NCBI GenBank assembly: GCA_018056765.1
Contig: JAGPFA010000011.1
Coordinates: forward strand, 6,057 to 70,056
Origin: Syntrophaceae bacterium
Lineage (GTDB): Bacteria > Desulfobacterota > Syntrophia > Syntrophales > Smithellaceae
Direction: 5' to 3'
Length of the DNA: 64,000 bases
Numbering within the stretch: position 1 is the stretch's first letter; each line of letters begins with the position of its first letter. Below the pieces are notes generated by a model. That model did not search any database, had not been told where the DNA came from, and saw only the letters and a program-made list of their open reading frames with translations. Of the stretch, positions 50,501 through 56,917 are shown piece after piece. A program made the translations under genes and the position numbers.

Positions 50501-50655
50501 CCTACGGTGGAGAAATACGCACCATCGAACCGGGAGACACCATTGTCGTCCCCGAAAAAGCCGAACGCATCGCCTGGTTGAGAGAAATCAAGGACATCAC
50601 CACAATTATGATGAACCTGGCCGTGGTCGCAGGTGTCGTTATCGCAGCGTTTTAA
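47545..50655 (+). CDS. Giant polysaccharide export protein (Poly_export domain plus about seven SLBB-like repeats, coiled-coil inserts, C-terminal hydrophobic helix)
   Basis: Signal peptide, then a Poly_export core (YVIGAGDQINILLWG...VDRDGKITIPQIGPVYVAGMTYEQM). Repeated (V/I)xVxGxVxxPGxY...L..AGG modules follow. The C-terminus reads ITTIMMNLAVVAGVVIAAF. Confidence 0.8.
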   Translation: MCHKTSSKYLLLSIITVIFLAAHTGIVHAQQAGEVPSAEAVQSELQKAGVTLTPAEIQKGREMLEQRGDKPLTDAEIKQGKDMLDKRQKEAPPRADSAPDAADDRDDPDDRDSLFHRTREKGKYQNISLSLRRFGHDFFRHTAVGATRTDVPVPLNYVIGAGDQINILLWGRLNAQHSLTVDRDGKITIPQIGPVYVAGMTYEQMSQHVIAKAEQITGTNIDITVGSTRSIPVFVLGDVRRPGAYTIGAMSSVTDALIMAGGPSAIGSMRRIEVRRGEKVITYFDLYDLFLKGDKSRDVTLRAGDVIFVPVTGPQAAIAGNVKRPAIYELRDKFDLGHLIDLAGGIIPSAYTQQMQVERIIKNEKQVVIDINDKTLSLVKDFVIQDADMVKIFPIVDKDDNAVYLSGNVKRPGKYAFKPGMRIGDLVQSTDDLLGATHFDYALIKRQTPPDRAIVLIPFNLGKLILQNDESQNYELTPKDQIFIFNRNLFADPPIVTVEGEIRGGSTNVNQDPLLIDAHNRARNQSIIGELRSIREELQKDERFYLYAAKIEEIEDEIAQERRPTPGALRYLQAELEKAGRAGLTARLKRLEDRMKVSRQIDLEGNMKVKDAILKAGGLTAGASMEKGEIIREHAKNEYRTTYFDVARAMAEDPRHNLTLQDKDRIIIHSIWEQTPKVSVFAAGDVTNPGTYQFTENMTVRDLVFKAGNVLDSAYLGEAEITSVGVVDGRLGNLVHRNINLKKALAGDPIHNIRLSPNDRLLVKRIADYQTIRTITLSGQVSFPGKYPFRKGEKLSDIIERAGGFTPHAYLRGANFTRARVRQMQQKGLEEMTERMERDLLSSASVQVSTAFSNEEITAKKVELEQKRRFIDMLRQTRATGRMTVRLADAKTLRDSEYDFELEDGDTLYVPEKNNAVSVMGSVMTQGSHLYSDKYDYQDYIEMTGGYSYYADTRNVYILKVDGSARRVSGNYIGWSASRARWEMTAYGGEIRTIEPGDTIVVPEKAERIAWLREIKDITTIMMNLAVVAGVVIAAF

Positions 50656-50709
50656 CAAGCACACCGATTGTTCCTGCTTTCTTCCCCGGCAGCACGAACA
50701 ATCACCCCT

Positions 50710-50734
50710 AAAAAGCCCCCGGCGAACCGGGGGC
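50710..50734 (-). terminator. Rho-independent terminator downstream of the C_GCAxxG gene
   Basis: Perfect 8-bp stem GCCCCCGG/CCGGGGGC with a CGAA loop. On the minus strand it is followed by TTTTT. Confidence 0.6.
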
Positions 50735-50802
50735 CAGACACAACCGGCAGCCCTCACGCACGTCCCTTTAAAAAGAATAGCGGCAACGTTCAACGGGGCG
50801 TC

Positions 50803-51429
50803 TCAACCCTCCATACTGTCGATAATAATTTCCGCTGCAATCGCCGCACCTATCCCTGGCGCCACCGTGCAATTATTGCGGGCATTGCTGGAAAAATATT
50901 CCTTCATGTTCTCAAGGCTCGCCATCGGGTCATAATATTTTCCCAGGAGCCTTTCCTGTATCGCCGGGCACTCCAGACTGCCCAGCGCCCTGGCGAACCT
51001 GTCAAGGAATACTCTCGACTGAAGATAGGCAACCGAAGTATCGTGGTTCATTACATCAGGACTGGAAAAATACAGACCGAGGGCCAGAAGCCCGCCTGTA
51101 ACCGGACCGCATATTCCACCGGACATGGCAATGCCGGGGGCCGCGGCCAGCCCTCTTACTATCTCCATATTGCCCAGACCGAATTCTTCAAACAGGGCTG
51201 TGGCCGCTCCTTTGGCGCAGTTTCTCGTCAAATAGCAATACTCCTCGGCCATGAACCGGACACGTTCAATGACTGCTTCTTTTTCGCTTTTCATTTTCGC
51301 CGGCTCCAGAGTTTTGTTGCCCGTCCCGTTTCGCACCAGTCTGCCGAAACGCTCTTCAATTTCCGCCAGATTCCATTTACGTACGTTCACTTCTTTCAGC
51401 CGCGCGTTTATATCAAACAACTCAGACAT
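50803..51429 (-). CDS. C_GCAxxG_C_C family redox-active protein
   Basis: NCAKGAATALFEEFG (C-x-x-GAxxA-type motif) and SGGICGPVTGGLLALG, with further conserved Cys residues. Start chosen at MSELFDI (ATG complement 51427-51429). Confidence 0.65.
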   Translation of the reverse strand: MSELFDINARLKEVNVRKWNLAEIEERFGRLVRNGTGNKTLEPAKMKSEKEAVIERVRFMAEEYCYLTRNCAKGAATALFEEFGLGNMEIVRGLAAAPGIAMSGGICGPVTGGLLALGLYFSSPDVMNHDTSVAYLQSRVFLDRFARALGSLECPAIQERLLGKYYDPMASLENMKEYFSSNARNNCTVAPGIGAAIAAEIIIDSMEG

Positions 51430-52141
51430 ACAAAACACTCCTTTCCCTTTGGGGCAAATTAGAAATATCAACCAGTCCGGATATGCCTGGCAATTATTTC
51501 AAGAACACCACGTAGCTGTTTTGCCGGTCAACTAAAAGCGTCGTCAGCCCCCGGGAACATCTTCCGGCGAGCGCATAACGATCCCCATCCGGCAGGCGCC
51601 GAACCCTCCGGACAATAGCTCAATTATATCAGGAGGGACAAAGATGTCTTCCCAAGCGCCGGATTTGAACCAAGCCAGCTGGCACATATTCTCCTCATGC
51701 CGGAAAAAAGCCCTCGGGGCACCTCCTTCATCAGGTAATTTCAGAAAACACCGGCAATTGACAAGATGCTAGCAAATCTTCCCTGCCTGTCAAGCGCGTC
51801 TTTGGTGACCTGCCTGCCCGAACAGGCGTTTTGCGGCTTGATAATTACTGTGGCCTCCGGCACCGGATCAGCAGAGACGACGTAAAAAATAGCAGCTTGA
51901 CATCAAAGACAAAATTGTGACAAAGAACCAAACCCGATACCATGAATTTCGACTAACCGGCGGTACAAAAAGACCCCGGCTCAGGTTTTACCCGCCGTGA
52001 TCATCCATACTGCAAGCGACAGGAAAAATTCTCTTTCCTCCCGATTTGTCCCCCGCCGTAGCCGAAGACAAAATTTTGCCAGGAAAGAATCGTTTTGGAA
52101 ATAATCACTAAAAAGCCAGGTGGGGTAAGAAAAAGGCGTTT

Positions 52142-53959
52142 ATGAAAAAAGGACACATTAGAAACATCGCCATCATCGCGCACGTTGATCATGGCAAAAC
52201 GACACTGCTCAATGCCCTGATGAAGCAAACGGGCGCTTTCAGCACCAGCCGCGAAGTGGAAGACCGCGTCATGGACTCGATGGACCTGGAAAAGGAGCGC
52301 GGCATCACGATTGCGGCCAAAAATACGGCGATACAATTCAATGGCGTGAAGATTAACATCGTGGACACGCCCGGCCATGCCGATTTCGGAGGCGAGGTGG
52401 AGCGCAGCCTCAACATGGTGGATGGAGCGATCCTGCTGGTGGATGCCAGCGAAGGCCCACTGCCTCAGACCCGCTTTGTGCTTAAAAAAGCACTGGAGAA
52501 GGATCTGCCTCTTATTGTCGTGATAAACAAAATCGACCGTCCTGACGCGCGCATCCCGGAGGTCATTTCCGAAACTTACGATCTTTTCATCGACCTGGGC
52601 GCGCTGGAGCGACAAATCGAGTTTCCCATCATATACACCAACGCCAAAGCGGGTACCGGCGGTAAAAACCCCGGAGACATTGCCGCAAATCTCGAGCCAC
52701 TTTTGCAGGCCGTCATCGATACCATCCCGCCACCGGCGGGCGACGACAGGGCCAATGTACAATTTCTGGTGACCAATCTCGATTACGACTCTTATGTCGG
52801 GCAGATTGCCATCGGGCGGCTCCAGGCAGGGAGACTGGAAATGAACAGCCTCTACACTCTTTGCGCCCTAGACGGCCTGCGGGCAGGCGTCAGGTTCTCC
52901 GCGCTCTACACTTTTTCCGGCCTCACCAAAAAGACGGTTCGCTCGGCCGAAGCGGGCGACATCATCGCGCTGGCCGGTGTGGACGGGGTCAAAATCGGCG
53001 ACACCATCTCATCGGCGGATAACCCCGTGGCGCTCCCCCGTCTGGTGGTCGATGAGCCCACCGTTTCCATGGTCTTTTGTGTCAATGACGGTCCTTTTGC
53101 GGGAAGAGACGGCCGCTACCTGACTTCACGCCACCTGCTGGAGAGACTGGAAAAGGAAGCTCTGGGCAATGTGGCAGTGCGCATCAAAAAACTGGCGCGC
53201 ACCGACGCATTTGAGGTGTGCGGGCGTGGCGAGCTGCAAATGGCCGTGCTCATCGAAACGATGAGGCGGGAGGGATTTGAGCTCGCCGTTTCCAAACCTC
53301 AGGTGATTACAAAAACAATTGACGGGAAAGTTTATGAGCCGGTGGAGCGTCTGTTTGTCGATATCCCCGAAGAGTTTGTCGGTCGCATTACGGAGAAACT
53401 CTCCGGCCGCAGAGGGAGGCTCGAAAGTCTGGTTAATAAAGGAAGCGGCCGTGTGGGCATGGAATTTCTCATTCCATCGCGGGGACTTATCGGCTTTCGC
53501 AGTCAGTTTCTCACCGACACCAAAGGCGGCGGCGTAATGAATTCCCTTCTGGAAGATTACGCGCCCTGGTTCGGAGCCATCCCCCAGCGAAACACCGGTG
53601 TGCTGGTCGCAGACCGCGCCGGCCGAGTCACGGCTTATGCTTGCTATGCGATGGAAGACCGGGGGGAAATGCTGGTGGATGTGGGCACAGAGGTTTATGC
53701 CGGCATGATCGTGGGCGAGCGTAACCGTCCGCAGGATTTAAACGTCAACATCGTCAAGGAAAAGAAGCTTACCAACATGCGGGCATCCACAGCTGACGCC
53801 ACCGTCATTTTACGGCCGCCGCGCATTTTGTCGCTGGACCAAGCAATTGAATTTATCGCCGCAGACGAGCTCGTCGAGGTCACACCGCAAAACGTGCGCC
53901 TGAGAAAAACGGAGCTTGACGCCTCCAAAAGACAGATGAAGGCACGAAAAGACGGCTGA
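52142..53959 (+). CDS. typA: Translational GTPase TypA/BipA
   Basis: IRNIAIIAHVDHGKTTL, DTPGHADFGGEVER and VINKIDR, in a 605-aa EF-G-like architecture with the BipA C-terminal domain. Confidence 0.95.
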   Translation: MKKGHIRNIAIIAHVDHGKTTLLNALMKQTGAFSTSREVEDRVMDSMDLEKERGITIAAKNTAIQFNGVKINIVDTPGHADFGGEVERSLNMVDGAILLVDASEGPLPQTRFVLKKALEKDLPLIVVINKIDRPDARIPEVISETYDLFIDLGALERQIEFPIIYTNAKAGTGGKNPGDIAANLEPLLQAVIDTIPPPAGDDRANVQFLVTNLDYDSYVGQIAIGRLQAGRLEMNSLYTLCALDGLRAGVRFSALYTFSGLTKKTVRSAEAGDIIALAGVDGVKIGDTISSADNPVALPRLVVDEPTVSMVFCVNDGPFAGRDGRYLTSRHLLERLEKEALGNVAVRIKKLARTDAFEVCGRGELQMAVLIETMRREGFELAVSKPQVITKTIDGKVYEPVERLFVDIPEEFVGRITEKLSGRRGRLESLVNKGSGRVGMEFLIPSRGLIGFRSQFLTDTKGGGVMNSLLEDYAPWFGAIPQRNTGVLVADRAGRVTAYACYAMEDRGEMLVDVGTEVYAGMIVGERNRPQDLNVNIVKEKKLTNMRASTADATVILRPPRILSLDQAIEFIAADELVEVTPQNVRLRKTELDASKRQMKARKDG

Positions 53960-54097
53960 ACGCCAAACATCGGAAGCACGGACCTCCTTCAAATATCTTT
54001 TTCGCGCCGCGCTGTGCACAGTCCTTTCTTCTCCTGCTTCAGCATGCTTCAGCAAATAACCCCTCCCGGGGCGATGAAAATCAGACCGCGGTGATTC

Positions 54098-55627
54098 TTA
54101 AGGGGTGATCTTCGTCAGAAACGCATCCACAATACCGGCGGAGTTTTTGTAGTTGCTCTTGCCGAAATCAGAGCCGAAATTGACATTACCTGCGAAAGCA
54201 CCGGTCATGTAAAGGGTGCCCGTCTGATTCAGTGTAATTCCCAGTCCCTGGTCATCATCCCCCCCTCCGATACGCCTCGTCCAGCCGTAAGTACCATCCT
54301 GGTTGATCTTTGTGATAAAAATATCTGTCGAGCCAGCCGAAATTTTTGAATCGCTTCCCCCGAAGCCGGCGGCGAAATTGACCGTCTGTTCAAAACTGCC
54401 GCCCAAATAGATATTCCCCGCTCCGTCCACGGCAATAGCATCAGCGCGGTCAATGCCGGCACCGCCCATCCCTCTGGTCCAGCCGTAATCACCGTCGCCG
54501 GTGACCTTGGTGAGGAAAATATCGTCATGGCCGTTTGAGCTGATCTCATCGGCTCCGCTTGGAAAATCAGCCGCGAAATCGGGGCTGCCTTGAAAGCTGC
54601 CTGTGATGTAGATATTGCCCGTGGCATCGGCACCAAGTCCGTAGGCAGCATCGTCACCGGCTCCGCCGATAGTTTTTGTCCAGCCGTAGGTGCCGTTGGC
54701 ATTTATTCGTGTAATGAAAGCATCCGCACCGCCTAAAGAGGTTTTATTATCTGTCGCGCCAAAATCCGCCCTAAAGTTTACAGCGTTTCTGAAATAACCG
54801 GTGATATAAACATTGTCCGAGGAATCAACGGCAATCCCGTAGGCAACATCGTTACCGTTGCCGCCGATAGTTTTTGTCCAGCCGTAGGTGCCGTCGGCAT
54901 TGATTTTTGTAACGAAGATATCCGCACCGCCACCGGAACTTTTGTTCTCGGTGCCTGTAAAATCGGCGGCAAAATTGACCGTATCTTCAAAACCTCCGGC
55001 AATATAAACATTACCCGAAGCGTCAACGGTGATTCCGTAAGCAACATCGTTGGCGGTGCCGCCGATAATTTTTGTCCAGCCGTAGTTACCGTTGGCAGTG
55101 ATTTTTGTAATGAAGATATCCGTACCACCGGCCGAGGTTTTGGGATCGGCGGCGTTAAAATCTTCCCGAAAGTTCACAGCGTTTCTGAAGCGACCGGCAA
55201 TGTAAATATTGCCGGAAGCATCGACGGCAATCCCGTAGGCAGCATCATTACCGGGGCCTCCGATACGCCTCGTCCAGCTGTGGTTACGGCTGGCATTGAT
55301 TTTTGTAATGAAGATATCCGCACCGCCATCCGAGGTTTTGGTCTCGGTGCCGCCGAAATCAGCGGCAAAGTTGACCATCTGCTCAAACTGGCCACCGATA
55401 TAGATGTTTCCCTCTGTGTCCACGGCAATACCGCGGGCAGCGGTAATGCCTGTACCACCGCCGAAGTGATTTGACCAATTGTATTCGGGCAAGCCGCCGA
55501 CCGGCAGCACACTGCCGCCACCGCCTTCGCCTCCCCCCCCGCCACCACCCCCGCAGCCGGCAAATGCAAACAAAAAAGCGCAATACACGGCAACCGCCGC
55601 TAAAACAGCGAGCCATTTTCTATCCAT
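54098..55627 (-). CDS. SBBP (beta-propeller) repeat lipoprotein
   Basis: Lipobox FAGC followed by a poly-Gly linker. It is followed by about 8 tandem ~55-aa repeats of the form GGxDxFITKIxxxGxYGWTKxIGGxxxDxAYGIAVDxSGNxYIxGxFxxxVNF. Confidence 0.8.
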   Translation of the reverse strand: MDRKWLAVLAAVAVYCAFLFAFAGCGGGGGGGGEGGGGSVLPVGGLPEYNWSNHFGGGTGITAARGIAVDTEGNIYIGGQFEQMVNFAADFGGTETKTSDGGADIFITKINASRNHSWTRRIGGPGNDAAYGIAVDASGNIYIAGRFRNAVNFREDFNAADPKTSAGGTDIFITKITANGNYGWTKIIGGTANDVAYGITVDASGNVYIAGGFEDTVNFAADFTGTENKSSGGGADIFVTKINADGTYGWTKTIGGNGNDVAYGIAVDSSDNVYITGYFRNAVNFRADFGATDNKTSLGGADAFITRINANGTYGWTKTIGGAGDDAAYGLGADATGNIYITGSFQGSPDFAADFPSGADEISSNGHDDIFLTKVTGDGDYGWTRGMGGAGIDRADAIAVDGAGNIYLGGSFEQTVNFAAGFGGSDSKISAGSTDIFITKINQDGTYGWTRRIGGGDDDQGLGITLNQTGTLYMTGAFAGNVNFGSDFGKSNYKNSAGIVDAFLTKITP

Positions 55628-55670
55628 AGATTAAGCTCCTTCAAAAGATAAGGTGTGTTCGTATGCAGAA

Positions 55671-55699
55671 ATAATACATAGGTAATCAGGGCGTGTCAA
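55671..55699 (-). promoter_or_regulatory. Candidate sigma-70 promoter for the SBBP lipoprotein gene
   Basis: The minus strand reads TTGACA (55699-55694), a 17-nt spacer, then TATTAT (55676-55671), about 45 nt upstream of the ATG at 55627. Confidence 0.5.
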
Positions 55700-55939
55700 T
55701 AAATAAAATGCCACCCCAAAAAAAATCTGCGACGAACGCTCAAAACGTGGGGAAGCAAGACAAGCAGGACGGGAAGGATGAGCCGCATGAGGAACGGGGA
55801 GGTGATCCGTTTACAGGGGGGAAGGAAGGCAGAAAAAAGGCTGATGCACAGTGTGTCACGGCAGGGCGGGCAAAAAGGCCGCATTTTCAGGCGTCGTTTA
55901 GTCCTCCCGGAGATGACTCCGCTTCTGGCCTTTAAATAC

Positions 55940-55978
55940 GTCCGGTTGCGGGCCAGGCTTACAGACCCGCAACCGGAC
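55940..55978 (-). terminator. Strong hairpin downstream of the CBS-domain gene (possible terminator)
   Basis: Perfect 13-bp stem GTCCGGTTGCGGG/CCCGCAACCGGAC with a 13-nt loop. Only a short T-containing tail (GTATTTAAA) follows on the minus strand. Confidence 0.45.
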
Positions 55979-56011
55979 AGGACCATTGACTAAACAGCCC
56001 CTTGTCAAATG

Positions 56012-56449
56012 CTAGTAGTATTTACCGGCAATATAGTCACTGAGCTGATTGATGAGAAAATCTTTTTGTGAAATGACCAGCTTCACGACGTCGCCGATGG
56101 AGATAATACCAATAAATTTATTCTTTTCGAAAACAGGCAAATGGCGCACATGCTTGCCTGTCATCAGTACCATCGCGTCCTCCACTCTCGTGTCCGGCGT
56201 GACGGAAAACAGGTTGGTGGACATGACCTCCTGCACCAGCGTGTTTTTCGAGCTTTTCCCCTGAAGAATAATTTTTCTGGCGTAGTCTCTCTCTGAAAGT
56301 ATACCGACAACTTTTTTATTCTCCATGACAACCAGGGCGCCGATTTCCTTTTCGCTCATCTTTTCGAGCGCTTCATATACGGTCGCCTTCGGGGAAATGG
56401 ACTGGATCTTACCGTCTTTCGCACTGAGAATATCCCTGACGTGACTCAT
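56012..56449 (-). CDS. CBS domain pair protein
   Basis: 145 aa consisting of two CBS motifs (GALVVMENKKVVGILSERD; HLPVFEKNKFIGIISIGD). Confidence 0.8.
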   Translation of the reverse strand: MSHVRDILSAKDGKIQSISPKATVYEALEKMSEKEIGALVVMENKKVVGILSERDYARKIILQGKSSKNTLVQEVMSTNLFSVTPDTRVEDAMVLMTGKHVRHLPVFEKNKFIGIISIGDVVKLVISQKDFLINQLSDYIAGKYY

Positions 56450-56701
56450 AGAATGCCTCCTCTTTTTTTATTGTCGATCCTGGTTTTATTCTAAAGCATC
56501 TGAGTGTAAAAATAAAGATGTAATTACAAAATTTGTTCGTGCCGCCCTGAAACGGGGCAATCGTAAAAACAGTCGGTTCATGCTCCGTTCCCATGTGGAG
56601 GAGAATACAGGACAAAGTATTTCCTCAAAGGAGATTTCTTCCTTGACAAGATTTTACCGGCTGTGTTACGAAAAGCGCAATATTGGATGAATTGATAAAA
56701 A

Positions 56702-56761
56702 ATGCTAAAAACAATTCCTGATAAAAAATGGTGGTGGTGGACGAAAAACGTCTGCCCTTAA
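56702..56761 (+). CDS. Trp leader peptide (MLKTIPDKKWWWWTKNVCP)
   Basis: This 19-codon ORF contains four consecutive TGG codons (56729-56740). It lies about 60 nt upstream of an intrinsic terminator and about 155 nt upstream of trpB2. A weak SD (GGATGA) lies 11 nt upstream. Confidence 0.7.
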   Translation: MLKTIPDKKWWWWTKNVCP

Positions 56762-56821
56762 GCTCCAGAAAATCGAGCATGGGCGGGGGAAGCTCTTCCC
56801 ATGACTCGCAAACATGATGTA

Positions 56822-56857
56822 ATGCCGTGGGAAGAAAAGCTCCATGGCATTTTTTTT
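56822..56857 (+). terminator. Attenuator terminator in the trpB2 leader
   Basis: Stem ATGCCGTGG (56822-56830) pairs with CCATGGCAT (56842-56850) and is followed by T8. The 5' arm can alternatively pair with CTTCCCATG at 56795-56803. Confidence 0.75.
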
Positions 56858-56917
56858 AGCCCACCGCCGCTGTAAAGCGCGGCAAACCGGCGCATATTAC
56901 TTTTAAGGAGAGAAAAT

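Noticed and set aside
50668-51462. 264-aa plus-strand ORF overlapping the C_GCAxxG gene
   Set aside because: The minus-strand frame carries the conserved Cys/Gly motifs of the C_GCAxxG_C_C family and has its own terminator. The plus-strand product is Arg/Pro/His-rich and would run straight on from the Wza-like gene without an SD sequence.
55490-55560. G/C homopolymer-rich tract (CCGCCACCGCC...CCCCCCCGCCACCACCCCCGC)
   Set aside because: It is the coding sequence for the poly-glycine linker after the lipobox of the SBBP lipoprotein (minus strand). It is not an independent repeat element.
56728-56817. Alternative leader ORF starting at ATG 56728 (MVVVDEKRLPLSSRKSSMGGGSSSHDSQT)
   Set aside because: It has no regulatory codon logic, because the frame reads GTG GTG GTG rather than TGG. 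It would also be translated through the proposed alternative hairpins. The +1 frame, with four TGG codons and an upstream ATG at 56702, fits the attenuator model far better.
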